This document shows positions 9,445 through 17,341 of a stretch of 64,000 bases of DNA, in pieces. The notes under the pieces are model-generated. The model was not told the DNA's origin. It worked only from the letters and a program-made list of their open reading frames with translations, and ran no database searches. A program made the position numbers and the translations under genes. Position 1 is the first letter of the stretch. Each line of letters begins with the position of its first letter. The DNA is from a virus, in IMG/VR virus record IMGVR_UViG_3300032799_000664, positions 66,446 to 130,445 of that record. One strand, given 5' to 3'.

Positions 9445-9914
9445 TTCTCCTCGGGGGTGCGATCATCGAGGTAATCGCGCCCTGGGTAAAGCTTCACGTG
9501 GTCGGTGAGGTAGGCCACGGCGCCATCACCGTGTCCGAGAGCCATGAGGAACGCGGCCAGGTTAGCCGCGTCCGTGGGGTTGTGCATGTGCAGCTTCTCC
9601 ATGAGGTAGCTTGGCGTGATGTAGCCGCTGAGATCGAACGCATAGAAGCCGCCCCAGCTGGTGCCTATCGTCCACAGCCCGACGAACGTGTAACCATCTG
9701 GACAGTCGGGGTGTCCGACCTCACAGGCCAGCGTCTCGTCGAAGAGGCACACCGTAAAGCGCGTACCGCGAGCACAGAATTCGACCAACACCGGATACGT
9801 ACGCGCTTCGAGGAGCCGTGCAACTTCGGCAACGCCGGCGGGCTTGTCGAGATGAACTTCGCCTGCCCATTGCGGCTTCTTTACGGAGTTGGTATCGTGG
9901 GTCTTGGAACCCAT
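9441..9914 (-). CDS. hypothetical protein
   Basis: 157 aa; GGAGG RBS; stop overlaps the MoxR start (GTGA). Confidence 0.72.
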   Translation of the reverse strand: MGSKTHDTNSVKKPQWAGEVHLDKPAGVAEVARLLEARTYPVLVEFCARGTRFTVCLFDETLACEVGHPDCPDGYTFVGLWTIGTSWGGFYAFDLSGYITPSYLMEKLHMHNPTDAANLAAFLMALGHGDGAVAYLTDHVKLYPGRDYLDDRTPEEK

Positions 9915-12549
9915 GGATATTCCTCCACAACTGCGCTCGGACTTGGCGCAGCACCTGCTGTACCTGGATGGACAACCGTTCTCGCTCGGGGACTACCCCT
10001 TCTACCACGCCATCTACGACGGTAACTACCAAGGCATGCTGCTGAAGTCGGGCCGGCAAGTCGCGAAGTCGACGACGCTGTGCAACTTCCTTATCAGCGA
10101 AGGCATCGGGACCAGCCACTTTCGCAGCTTGTACGTATCACCGTCGCAAGAGCAAACCCGCAAGTTCTCCAACACCCGCGTCGGCAAGGTGTGTCTCTAC
10201 TCTCCGCTGATCAAGCAGTACTGGGTCGACGCCTCCGAGCTGAGTCAGCGGACCATGCTGCGCATGTTCCGCAACGGCTCCGAGATTTCGTTCACTTACG
10301 CACTCGATGATCCTGACCGCGCCCGTGGCAACACCGCAGACCGCTGTTGCTACGACGGCGAAGCACAAGTGCTGACTAAGCGCGGCTGGGTGTCGGTGTG
10401 TGCTCTGGCGTCGGATGACCTGGTAGCAGATGTCACGGATGCTGGGCGCGTTGATTGGAGCGCCCCCATGGACATCTTTACCAAGAAGTTCACGGGTCGC
10501 ATGATCACCTTCCGCCATCGCGGATTCCAGTTGCGGGTGACCGATGACCACAAGATGTGGGTCAATTTCCACGTGAAAGCGGACGCGGCGTATAAGCAGT
10601 CTGACGACTATGTGTTTGTGCCAGCGGGCACGCTTGCCACAACTGAGCGCATGGGCTTCAAGATGACCTGCGTCGCGGAGTGGTCGGCGTCGACGCCAGC
10701 ATGGCGTCACTTTAATGGTACACCTACGCGGATGCGTGGGCAGCAGGAAGCGCTGCAATTGCCGTACACCGCATTTGCGCGGCTGGTTGGCTGGTATATC
10801 GCGGAGGGCCACATCTCGTGGCGGCGGTACCGTGCCAACGGGGCGCGCAAGTGTCCACGACCGGTCCTCACGCAAAACGTCAGCCGTGGTCTACAAGACA
10901 TTACTGATACCATCGACGCCTGCGGGCTACAGTACAACGTCGGACGCGGACGCAAGGGAGCGGCGGAGGCACGCCGCGTCATCGTAGGCTCGGAGACTTT
11001 GGGGTGGTACTTCGCCGACCTGGGTAAGTCGTACGACAAGTACATCCCTCGAGAGTTCTTTGAGAGTCCTGCCCTGCTGGAGCAAATCCTGCAGGGCATC
11101 TATCTCGGCGACGCCAGTTATCACCGAGGCGAGGCGTGGCAGAACGGTACACTGCGAACGCGGTCGCGGCGCTTGGCGGAAGACGTACAGGAAGCATGGC
11201 TGCGTCTGGGCCGCCCAGCGGTGATTCACACGCGTCAAATGACCGGCGCACCGCTGTACGAGGTTCTCTCGTACAACCGGGACTACCTTATTTTCTGGCG
11301 TGCGGAGTTCAACACGAAACGGCGTGTCATCGTCGAGCAGGTCACCGACGAAGATGTCTACTGTTTCACCGTTAAGCATCACCGCCCTATCGTAAAGGGC
11401 ACCTTCCGTTCGTTGCCGGTGGTCTGTTCCAACTGCTACGACGAGGTGCAAGACATCCTCTACGAACCGGTTATCCCGGTCATAAACGAATGTATGGGCA
11501 ACTCGGAGTACGGCTACGAGACGTACGCCGGCACGCCCAAGACCATGGAGAACACCATCGAGTACCTCTGGTCCATCTCGACTCAGAACGAGTGGATCAT
11601 GAAGTGCGATGGGTGTGGTCGTTACAGCTTCATCGATAACGCGAAAGCGGTGGGCAAGGTTGGTCCCGTGTGCGTGAAGTGCGACCACGCCCTGAACCCG
11701 CGTAACGGACAGTGGTACTCCTTCAAGCCGGAAGCAACCCTGACCGGTTTCCACATCCCCCAGCTCATCCTGCCGCGCAACGCTGAGCAGCCCAACCGCT
11801 GGCAGCGCATCCTGACCAAGCTCGCGCGCTACAGCGACACCAAGTTCAAGAACGAGGTCCTGGGCATCAGCGATGCTCTCGGCGCGCGCATCATCTCGAA
11901 GCAGGAGCTCGAGGCGCTGTGCGAGGACTACGACATTTACCGGCAACCCTCGCCGGGCATCAACATGGAGTACCGCCATGTCGTCGGCGGCGTGGACTGG
12001 TCGGGCGGTGGTACAGAAGGCGTGTCGCGTACCGTCGTCTGGATCTGGGCGGTCACCAAGAACCACCAGTTGCGCACGCTCTACTACCGCGTCTATCCCA
12101 TCACCAGTCCGGTGAGCATCGTCGACGACGTGGCGGAAGCTTTGCAAGCTCACCACGTCGAGCTGGTGATCGGTGATCGTGGTGAAGGCCACCTGGCGAA
12201 CGATCTCTTGGCGCAGCGTCTGGGGTCGAACCGCGTCTCTCAGGTGATGTACGGCGCCCAGGCCCGGACGATTTCCTGGAACGAGAAGGGGTTGTTCTAC
12301 ACCGCAGACCGCACCACGTTGATGGACAACTACTTCATGGTGCTGAAGCGCCAGGGCGTCATCTTTCCCCGGCTCAGCTGCATGCTTGAACCGATCACCG
12401 ACATCCTCAACATCTACGAGGAGGTCACGGTCAACGGCAAGAAGGTCTGGCGGCATGCGCCGACCCAGCCGGATGACTGCTTCCACGCACAGCTCTTCGG
12501 CTGGCTCGCCGCCAAGGTGCTGCTGATGGACCTGACCTTCACTGGTTGA
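9913..12549 (+). CDS. terL: terminase large subunit containing an intein
   Basis: Walker A-like KSGRQVAKST; Walker B reconstituted as RARGNTADRC|CYDEVQD; coupling motif AGTPK; nuclease acidic motifs GGVDWSG and PDDCFHA; alternative TTG start at 9889. Confidence 0.88.
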   Translation: MDIPPQLRSDLAQHLLYLDGQPFSLGDYPFYHAIYDGNYQGMLLKSGRQVAKSTTLCNFLISEGIGTSHFRSLYVSPSQEQTRKFSNTRVGKVCLYSPLIKQYWVDASELSQRTMLRMFRNGSEISFTYALDDPDRARGNTADRCCYDGEAQVLTKRGWVSVCALASDDLVADVTDAGRVDWSAPMDIFTKKFTGRMITFRHRGFQLRVTDDHKMWVNFHVKADAAYKQSDDYVFVPAGTLATTERMGFKMTCVAEWSASTPAWRHFNGTPTRMRGQQEALQLPYTAFARLVGWYIAEGHISWRRYRANGARKCPRPVLTQNVSRGLQDITDTIDACGLQYNVGRGRKGAAEARRVIVGSETLGWYFADLGKSYDKYIPREFFESPALLEQILQGIYLGDASYHRGEAWQNGTLRTRSRRLAEDVQEAWLRLGRPAVIHTRQMTGAPLYEVLSYNRDYLIFWRAEFNTKRRVIVEQVTDEDVYCFTVKHHRPIVKGTFRSLPVVCSNCYDEVQDILYEPVIPVINECMGNSEYGYETYAGTPKTMENTIEYLWSISTQNEWIMKCDGCGRYSFIDNAKAVGKVGPVCVKCDHALNPRNGQWYSFKPEATLTGFHIPQLILPRNAEQPNRWQRILTKLARYSDTKFKNEVLGISDALGARIISKQELEALCEDYDIYRQPSPGINMEYRHVVGGVDWSGGGTEGVSRTVVWIWAVTKNHQLRTLYYRVYPITSPVSIVDDVAEALQAHHVELVIGDRGEGHLANDLLAQRLGSNRVSQVMYGAQARTISWNEKGLFYTADRTTLMDNYFMVLKRQGVIFPRLSCMLEPITDILNIYEEVTVNGKKVWRHAPTQPDDCFHAQLFGWLAAKVLLMDLTFTG
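10348..11433 (+). mobile_element. intein with LAGLIDADG homing endonuclease (362 aa)
   Basis: Begins CYDGEAQVLTKRGW; block B VTDDHKM; LAGLIDADG motifs LVGWYIAEGH and LQGIYLGDAS; block F DVYCFTV; ends VCSN before +1 Cys. Confidence 0.92.
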
Positions 12550-13345
12550 GTCCCTGCTACGATAGTGCGCGCCTTCGAGAGCTTGCAAGAAGGCGAGGTT
12601 TGCTTTCCGGGGCTTCGCGCCACGGAAAGGAAACCGAAGCCGCCGCAGCGAGTTCTCGAAGGGAAGTGCTTCCGGTACTCGCGCTGCAACTCTTGGCTGC
12701 ACAGATGACGACGTAGCGTCGTCGGGCCACTGGTGGGTCACACCCTCTCCCAACAGCAGTTCTTTACCAGGGACTGAGAAACCGGTCTACTTCGTTGGAA
12801 GCGACGCGGCAGGTCCTCGAGGTCGGCAGGTGGTTCGGCGTCTCGATAACCGCGGGAACTGCACGAGGAGTGGAGTAGCTCGTCGCGGCGGATCCGATCA
12901 GATCAGGGTTCTCGCAGAGAACCAGACCTGAATGCCGGCGTGGCACCGGCGGCCTTTGCAGGACTAACTAGACCGGTACGTAGCGTCACAACTTCCGTGC
13001 ACTGCCCACTTCGTTTGCGCTTAGCGCCGGCGGAGGAGTTCCGTTGGCGACCTGCACCCACTTCGTTTCCCGGATGTGCTCGAGCAGGGTCCATCCAGTT
13101 TACGCAGTAAAGCACACTAATGGCGGCGTGACGCCGCCAGCACTTTCAAGTGCTCTGGGTGAAAACGATCCACTTCGTTGCGGCGGGCCGCGGCGGCCGC
13201 CTCGAGATGACGTCGAGGAGCTCGCCGGCGGTGAAGAAGGCCTATTTCGCGCGGAATTCGCGATAGCGGTTCGATCGGATCCGATCCGGTCGAAGACCGC
13301 AGGCCAAAAAGCCGGCGTGGCGCCGGCAGCCTTTTCAGGACGGTA
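12549..13345 (-). ncRNA. putative array of structured non-coding RNA units, period about 189 nt
   Basis: About 800 nt with no credible ORF between convergent genes. Triloop hairpins at 12934-12950, 13121-13139, 13311-13327; ACTTCGTT at 12789, 13008, 13060, 13172. GNRA loops and a U-G wobble favour the minus strand. Confidence 0.7.
13306..13341 (-). terminator. possible intrinsic terminator coinciding with the array-unit hairpin
   Basis: Minus strand GCCGGCG-CCA-CGCCGGC followed by TTTTT, about 55 nt after the stop of 13384-14274. Confidence 0.45.
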
Positions 13346-13383
13346 CTGGATCGCATGCCGTGCACGGTGGCTACGACACTACA

Positions 13384-14274
13384 CTACGACTGAGGGGTGG
13401 CACGCGCGGCATTGATGGCGCGTGTCTTGTCGATGACCTGCTCTTCGCGGGAATCCGACGTAGGCACAAGTCCTTCTTGATGTGCGCGCACGTCGGTAGA
13501 GACGGACATCACCGGCGCGTCGTCGGGTAGATCCGCTTCGATGTGGTGGTAGGCGGCGCGCATCCGGAACTGGTAGAACCCACGGCGGTTGGCGTCGATG
13601 AACGCCGGGTAACCCATGAGCTCGGACAGCTGCGGCACCGACTCGCCGATGCAGTTCATCTTGTAGAGGATGAACTCGAAGCCCGCGAAAGCGATCGGGA
13701 GGTAGTGAACCCGACCGCGTTCGATGTTCGGATCGATGAAGCAGGGGCTGTGCAGGTAGGCCCGGTGGAGGTCTTCGCTCGTGACCAGTCCGAGGATCGG
13801 ACCTCGTACGGTATGGAAGACCTTCATCTCCTGGCCGTCCAGCATCGCCTTGGCGATCTGATAGACGCCCATCCACACCGACACCTGCTTGAAGTTGTCA
13901 TCGACTGGGTGGAGCGTCTCCCACTCCGCCTTGTCAGCTTCCCACTGCGCCCGCGCATCCTTGGTCGCCTGCCAAGCTACACGCGCTTCTTCCGTGGCAT
14001 CGGGCACCAGTTCGCCCAGCTGCGATACTTCCGGCTTCGGGAACGGCGGTGGCGTCACCGCCTCCACCTTGATGATGGCCTCCGCTGGCACCTTGACCAG
14101 GTCGTCGTTCGACATGATACGCGTCTCGCCACGCTTACCGATCACGAAGCGTATCAACTCCAGCTTGTGGCCGCCGACCTCCGCTTCGACGGTCTCAGCT
14201 TCATTCAGTGGCGACTTCTTGGATTTCGGATCGGAACTCGTCGTCCGTGACGACTTCGTCTTCCCCTTGCTCAT
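13384..14274 (-). CDS. hypothetical protein
   Basis: MSKGKTK start with AGGAG RBS; 296 aa; overlaps the polymerase 3' end. Confidence 0.78.
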   Translation of the reverse strand: MSKGKTKSSRTTSSDPKSKKSPLNEAETVEAEVGGHKLELIRFVIGKRGETRIMSNDDLVKVPAEAIIKVEAVTPPPFPKPEVSQLGELVPDATEEARVAWQATKDARAQWEADKAEWETLHPVDDNFKQVSVWMGVYQIAKAMLDGQEMKVFHTVRGPILGLVTSEDLHRAYLHSPCFIDPNIERGRVHYLPIAFAGFEFILYKMNCIGESVPQLSELMGYPAFIDANRRGFYQFRMRAAYHHIEADLPDDAPVMSVSTDVRAHQEGLVPTSDSREEQVIDKTRAINAARATPQS

Positions 14275-17200
14275 CGAGGTCTCCTGTGGTGGTAGTGGGT
14301 GCCGGCAGTGGATGTTTCTCGAGGTACTTCTTGATGTCAACCGTTTCGCCGTAGCTCGGTCCAACTTCCACGTCCCACAGGAAAGGCACCGGGAGCCAAG
14401 GACAAGCTTCGGCAACACGGCGCGTCCCGTACTCACGCATCACCTCGGGCACCTGAGAGACGTACTGTGGCGGCACGCTGAAGACGAGACTGTCGTGTAC
14501 CGTCGCATGGAAGAAGCCCCGCAGATCACGAGAGATGACCGGAAAGACTTGGTTGAGGACCCACAGCACGATGTCACTGCTGGTCGACTGGATCTTGAAG
14601 TTGACGGCTTGACGAAAGCAGCGTGAAGCGAAGGATTGGCGATCCGCCAACGGGAACCGGCGCTTCCGCCCCGTGTAGGTGTAGATGTTGTGGAACGCCT
14701 TGACCTCAATCTCAGTCGCCTGGATGTAGGCGGGGATCGAAGGATACCGCCGGAAGAGGCCGTCGATGACCTTCTGGGCTTCGTCCTTGCTGATACCAGC
14801 AGTCTCAGCAATCTTCGCAGCCTGCGCCCCGTAGAGCGTACCGAACACGACACGCTTGGTGTTGGTGCGCTGCTTGACCACGGCTTCAGCCACGGCCAGC
14901 GCGGCGACGTCCTCCGCAGACAGCTTCAACCCAGTCTTGGCGAGCTCGATCTTGCGGTCGACGATGTCATCGAGCGTCTGTCGCTGCTGCTCGATGTAGG
15001 CATACGTGAAGCGATCGGGGTAGACCTCCGCAGTGAAGTAGGAGTGAGTATCGAGACCGTCGTTGATGGACTTGATGAGCTCGGCGTCGTTCGAATAGGC
15101 GGCGAAGAGCCGTACCTCGGCGCCCTTCGCATCGACGTTGCAGAGCACGTGGCCTTCGAGCGGGATGAAGATCTTCTTGATGTTGACGTCGGCCAGCTTC
15201 TTCGGGATGTTCTGCATGTTCTCACCTGAAGAGCTGGTCCGTCCTGTACACGTCCCGACGAGATGGAAACTCGGGTGCATACGGCCATCGATGACTGCGT
15301 GCTCACGCACATTCGTGAGGAACGGTGACCGCGCCTTGCACGCTTTACGATGCCGTACCAGGAGGCGAGGGAAGTCGTACTTGTACGTGTTGGCCACGTA
15401 CAGCAGAGCCTTCTCGTCAGCTTTGATCTGTCCCTTCGGAGTACGGGCAATCTTCGCACTGCCCGCATCAACACGAACCTTGGCGCCTTCCTCGTAGAAC
15501 CCGTCGTTGAAGATGATCCGGATGACCTCCTGGGGGTTTCCCAGAACGAAGCGCTGTCCCGCGAGCTGGTAGATCTTCTCTTCGGTTTCCCGGGCGACGA
15601 TCTCCAGCTTCTTGTCGAGTTCCTCCAGGTAGCCCAAGTCCACCGGGAAACCGGTGTACTCCATCGCCGCCAGTGTCTGGCTCGTGGGGAGTACGTGCTC
15701 CCGCATGAGTCGGCGTACTGGTGCCGGCGGCGGCGCAGCTTGTAGCGATGCGCGCAGCGTCACGTCGTTGGCGTACTCCGTGTCCAGGCGCTTGTGCTGA
15801 TGAAGGACGTGTTGGCGAGTCACATCGGCGTCAACGGCCGCGTACAACTCCAACTGCGGCAGTGGGATCATGGTGTAGTCGAAAGGCAACTGATGCACAG
15901 GTTCTTCCGGCGGATGTGGCCGCAGTGGCGCCTTCGGCTTCTTGTCCAACACCGATTGCCGGATGCGGCGCAGTTCTCGGTTGGTCTCGCCGGTCTTGCG
16001 CGCTGCCGCGGCCCGAGCTTTCTCGGCCGTGAACTTCTCGCGCCACTTCGACAACGTAGCGTCATAGCTGGCGCGTTCCTGCTCGTAGGCGGTCTGCTGC
16101 GTCGTGTACTCCACCAGCGCATGCTGGTACTGATCGACGGCACGGCGGAACGCTTTGTTGGCCTGTGCGCGGGTCATGCTGCCGTGCGTCTCGCGCAGCT
16201 CCGCCACCTTGTCCTCGTAGCCTGCGTAGGCAGGTAGGCGAACCCGGGTGAGCATCTTGAGGCCATACGCACCTTGCTTGTCCTCTTCGAGCAAGTGCTC
16301 AGCGCCCATCGTGTCCCACACGAAGTTCTCGAGGGGCCAACCGTAGTGGTGACAGATCCCTTGAACGTCGAACTGGCCGTTGTGCAACACCTTCGGCTTC
16401 GGACAGGCCAGCACACGTTGCACATGTTGTTTCACCTGCGCCAGTTCTTCCGGCGACCACCACGCCTGTGGATGATCGAGGACGATCGAAGTCGCCTTCA
16501 GTTCTGCCCAGGCGAACGAGATACAGATGATGCGGAAGTCCGGAGCGTAAGGCTCCAACGAAGTCGTCTCGGTGTCGACCGAGATCATGTGCTTACCCGG
16601 CGGATCACCTTCGTTGGCGTAGTTGATGATCTCGTCGCAGAGGTCCTGCACTTCAGCCACCGTGTGGGGGAACTGGTAGTGCTGCCGGAGGAACTCTTCG
16701 GAATGCCGGTGTTGGTCCAACCGGCCTTCGGCGAGGAGGAACGCATTCTGCAAGTCGCGCTCCAGCTCACGGAAGAGACCCTGCGTGGCCAGAACTGCTT
16801 TGGGCGAGTAGGTGACGTAGACGTTGAAGGGTTTCTCGTGTCGCGGCAATGTAAGCAGTGATGCCGTGCCGCGCAGGTCATCGAAGCGCATCTTGCTGCG
16901 CCCCAAGACACTGCGAGCAGCATCAGCGCCGAAGGCTACGATGATGTCAGGCTGGATGCGGATGATGGTTTCTTCGAGACGATGGCGGCAGTGCGCCGTC
17001 ACTTCCTTCGGTACGCGGTCATCCGTCATGCACTGGACCGCGTAGGTGTAGTAGACGCGCAACTTGTCGAGTCGATCCGGCCCGTCGGGTAGCCGCGAAT
17101 ACCGCGCGCGAATTCGGCCGAGTGCCATCCGTACCACGATGCCCGCCCGGTCCTGAAACGCGTTGCCACCGTGCGGTGACGCGATGGCTGGATGATCACC

Positions 17201-17341
17201 AACGAACAGGACGCGCGCTTCGTGTTCGCCCGCGTCGGGAACGTAGGCGTAGGCGTAGAAAGGACAACTGCTGCAGTGCGCCGGCTTGCCCGCAGCTCGG
17301 GCCGGATCGTTGACTTCGGGCCTAGTAGTTGAAGTCGTCAT
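14201..17341 (-). CDS. polA: family A DNA polymerase with N-terminal uracil-DNA-glycosylase-like domain and 3'-5' exonuclease
   Basis: UDG family-4-like CSSC...GDHP...AVQC...HC; Exo motifs DTETT, HNGQFD, YAAVD; Pol motifs [39 protein letters not shown]. Confidence 0.93.
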   Translation of the reverse strand: MTTSTTRPEVNDPARAAGKPAHCSSCPFYAYAYVPDAGEHEARVLFVGDHPAIASPHGGNAFQDRAGIVVRMALGRIRARYSRLPDGPDRLDKLRVYYTYAVQCMTDDRVPKEVTAHCRHRLEETIIRIQPDIIVAFGADAARSVLGRSKMRFDDLRGTASLLTLPRHEKPFNVYVTYSPKAVLATQGLFRELERDLQNAFLLAEGRLDQHRHSEEFLRQHYQFPHTVAEVQDLCDEIINYANEGDPPGKHMISVDTETTSLEPYAPDFRIICISFAWAELKATSIVLDHPQAWWSPEELAQVKQHVQRVLACPKPKVLHNGQFDVQGICHHYGWPLENFVWDTMGAEHLLEEDKQGAYGLKMLTRVRLPAYAGYEDKVAELRETHGSMTRAQANKAFRRAVDQYQHALVEYTTQQTAYEQERASYDATLSKWREKFTAEKARAAAARKTGETNRELRRIRQSVLDKKPKAPLRPHPPEEPVHQLPFDYTMIPLPQLELYAAVDADVTRQHVLHQHKRLDTEYANDVTLRASLQAAPPPAPVRRLMREHVLPTSQTLAAMEYTGFPVDLGYLEELDKKLEIVARETEEKIYQLAGQRFVLGNPQEVIRIIFNDGFYEEGAKVRVDAGSAKIARTPKGQIKADEKALLYVANTYKYDFPRLLVRHRKACKARSPFLTNVREHAVIDGRMHPSFHLVGTCTGRTSSSGENMQNIPKKLADVNIKKIFIPLEGHVLCNVDAKGAEVRLFAAYSNDAELIKSINDGLDTHSYFTAEVYPDRFTYAYIEQQRQTLDDIVDRKIELAKTGLKLSAEDVAALAVAEAVVKQRTNTKRVVFGTLYGAQAAKIAETAGISKDEAQKVIDGLFRRYPSIPAYIQATEIEVKAFHNIYTYTGRKRRFPLADRQSFASRCFRQAVNFKIQSTSSDIVLWVLNQVFPVISRDLRGFFHATVHDSLVFSVPPQYVSQVPEVMREYGTRRVAEACPWLPVPFLWDVEVGPSYGETVDIKKYLEKHPLPAPTTTTGDLDEQGEDEVVTDDEFRSEIQEVATE

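Noticed and set aside
12549-13345. CRISPR array interpretation
   Set aside because: No identical 25-45 nt repeats, the period is about 189 nt, and no cas1/cas2 or effector genes are in the window.
12764-13415. Short ORFs over the array (12764-12946, 12903-13115, 13044-13415, 13117-13365)
   Set aside because: No RBS and atypical composition; their shared peptides simply reflect the nucleotide repeats.
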